Positions 63,674 through 64,000 of a stretch of DNA of 64,000 nucleotides are shown one piece after another. The stretch lies in the NCBI GenBank assembly GCA_964187785.1, contig OZ076413.1, forward strand, positions 44,456,001-44,520,000, in the 5' to 3' direction. Source of the DNA: Amphiscolops sp. MND2022 (Eukaryota). Position numbers and translations under genes: made by a program. Below the pieces are notes generated by a model, which saw only the letters and a program-made list of their open reading frames with translations, ran no database searches and was not told the DNA's origin. Position 1 is the first letter of the stretch; each line of letters opens with the position of its first letter.

Positions 63674-64000
63674 ACTAAAACGTGCATGCCAGCAGCAAAT
63701 GAGATCGTTTTGAAACACTTTCATCATATTCCTGATACAGACAACTAGTGGAAATGCTTATGTGGCAAAGTATTAATCCAAAAGAAGAATTTCGGGTTCA
63801 TGAACTTGTTTAACCAAATCAAATCTCAACACCCTGAGTATTCCAATAGTATTCAACTAAAACGTGCATGCCAGCAGCAAATGAGATCGTTTTGAAACAC
63901 TTTCATCATATTCCTGATACAGACAACTAGTGGAAATGCTTATGTGGCAAAGTATTAATCCAAAAGAAGAATTTCGGGTTCATGAACTTGTTTAACCAAA
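63674..64000. repeat. 182-bp tandem repeat, identical copies, truncated by window end
   Basis: CGTGCATGCCAGCAGCAAATG at 63681 and 63863; sequence identical thereafter. Confidence 0.9.

Overview
AT-rich, repeat-dense metazoan (invertebrate) genomic DNA with spliceosomal introns. (1) Positions 1-14323, minus strand: a large, decayed, retrovirus-like Ty3/Gypsy LTR retroelement that runs off the window start. It has a 5' LTR and PBS-like site, then a reconstructed Gag-Pol with an unusual multi-pass hydrophobic N-terminus, CCHC knuckle, RS-rich linker, PR, RT, RNase H and IN with GPY/F. Next is a long env-like ORF: a Pro/Ser-rich N-terminal extension with late-domain-like motifs, followed by a Cys-rich ectodomain resembling chuvirus-type (class III) glycoproteins and a TM anchor. 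A further unknown ORF lies downstream. (2) About 17540-18899: a disrupted UNC93/MFSD11-like transporter gene, partly duplicated at about 26.4-27.1 kb. (3) 28035-63336, minus strand: 16 phase-consistent exons of a giant plakin-repeat/spectrin-repeat (spectraplakin-like) gene, with an 11,742-nt symmetric exon and no visible EF-hand/GAR or KASH C-terminus. (4) Many Helentron/DINE-1-like (HINE) non-autonomous elements (nested, tandem, and one filled/empty site pair), two long solo LTRs that each carry an ORF reading out of the LTR end, a CACTA-like MITE family, and a 182-bp tandem repeat at the window end. All family assignments come from motif recognition by eye; no database searches were run.
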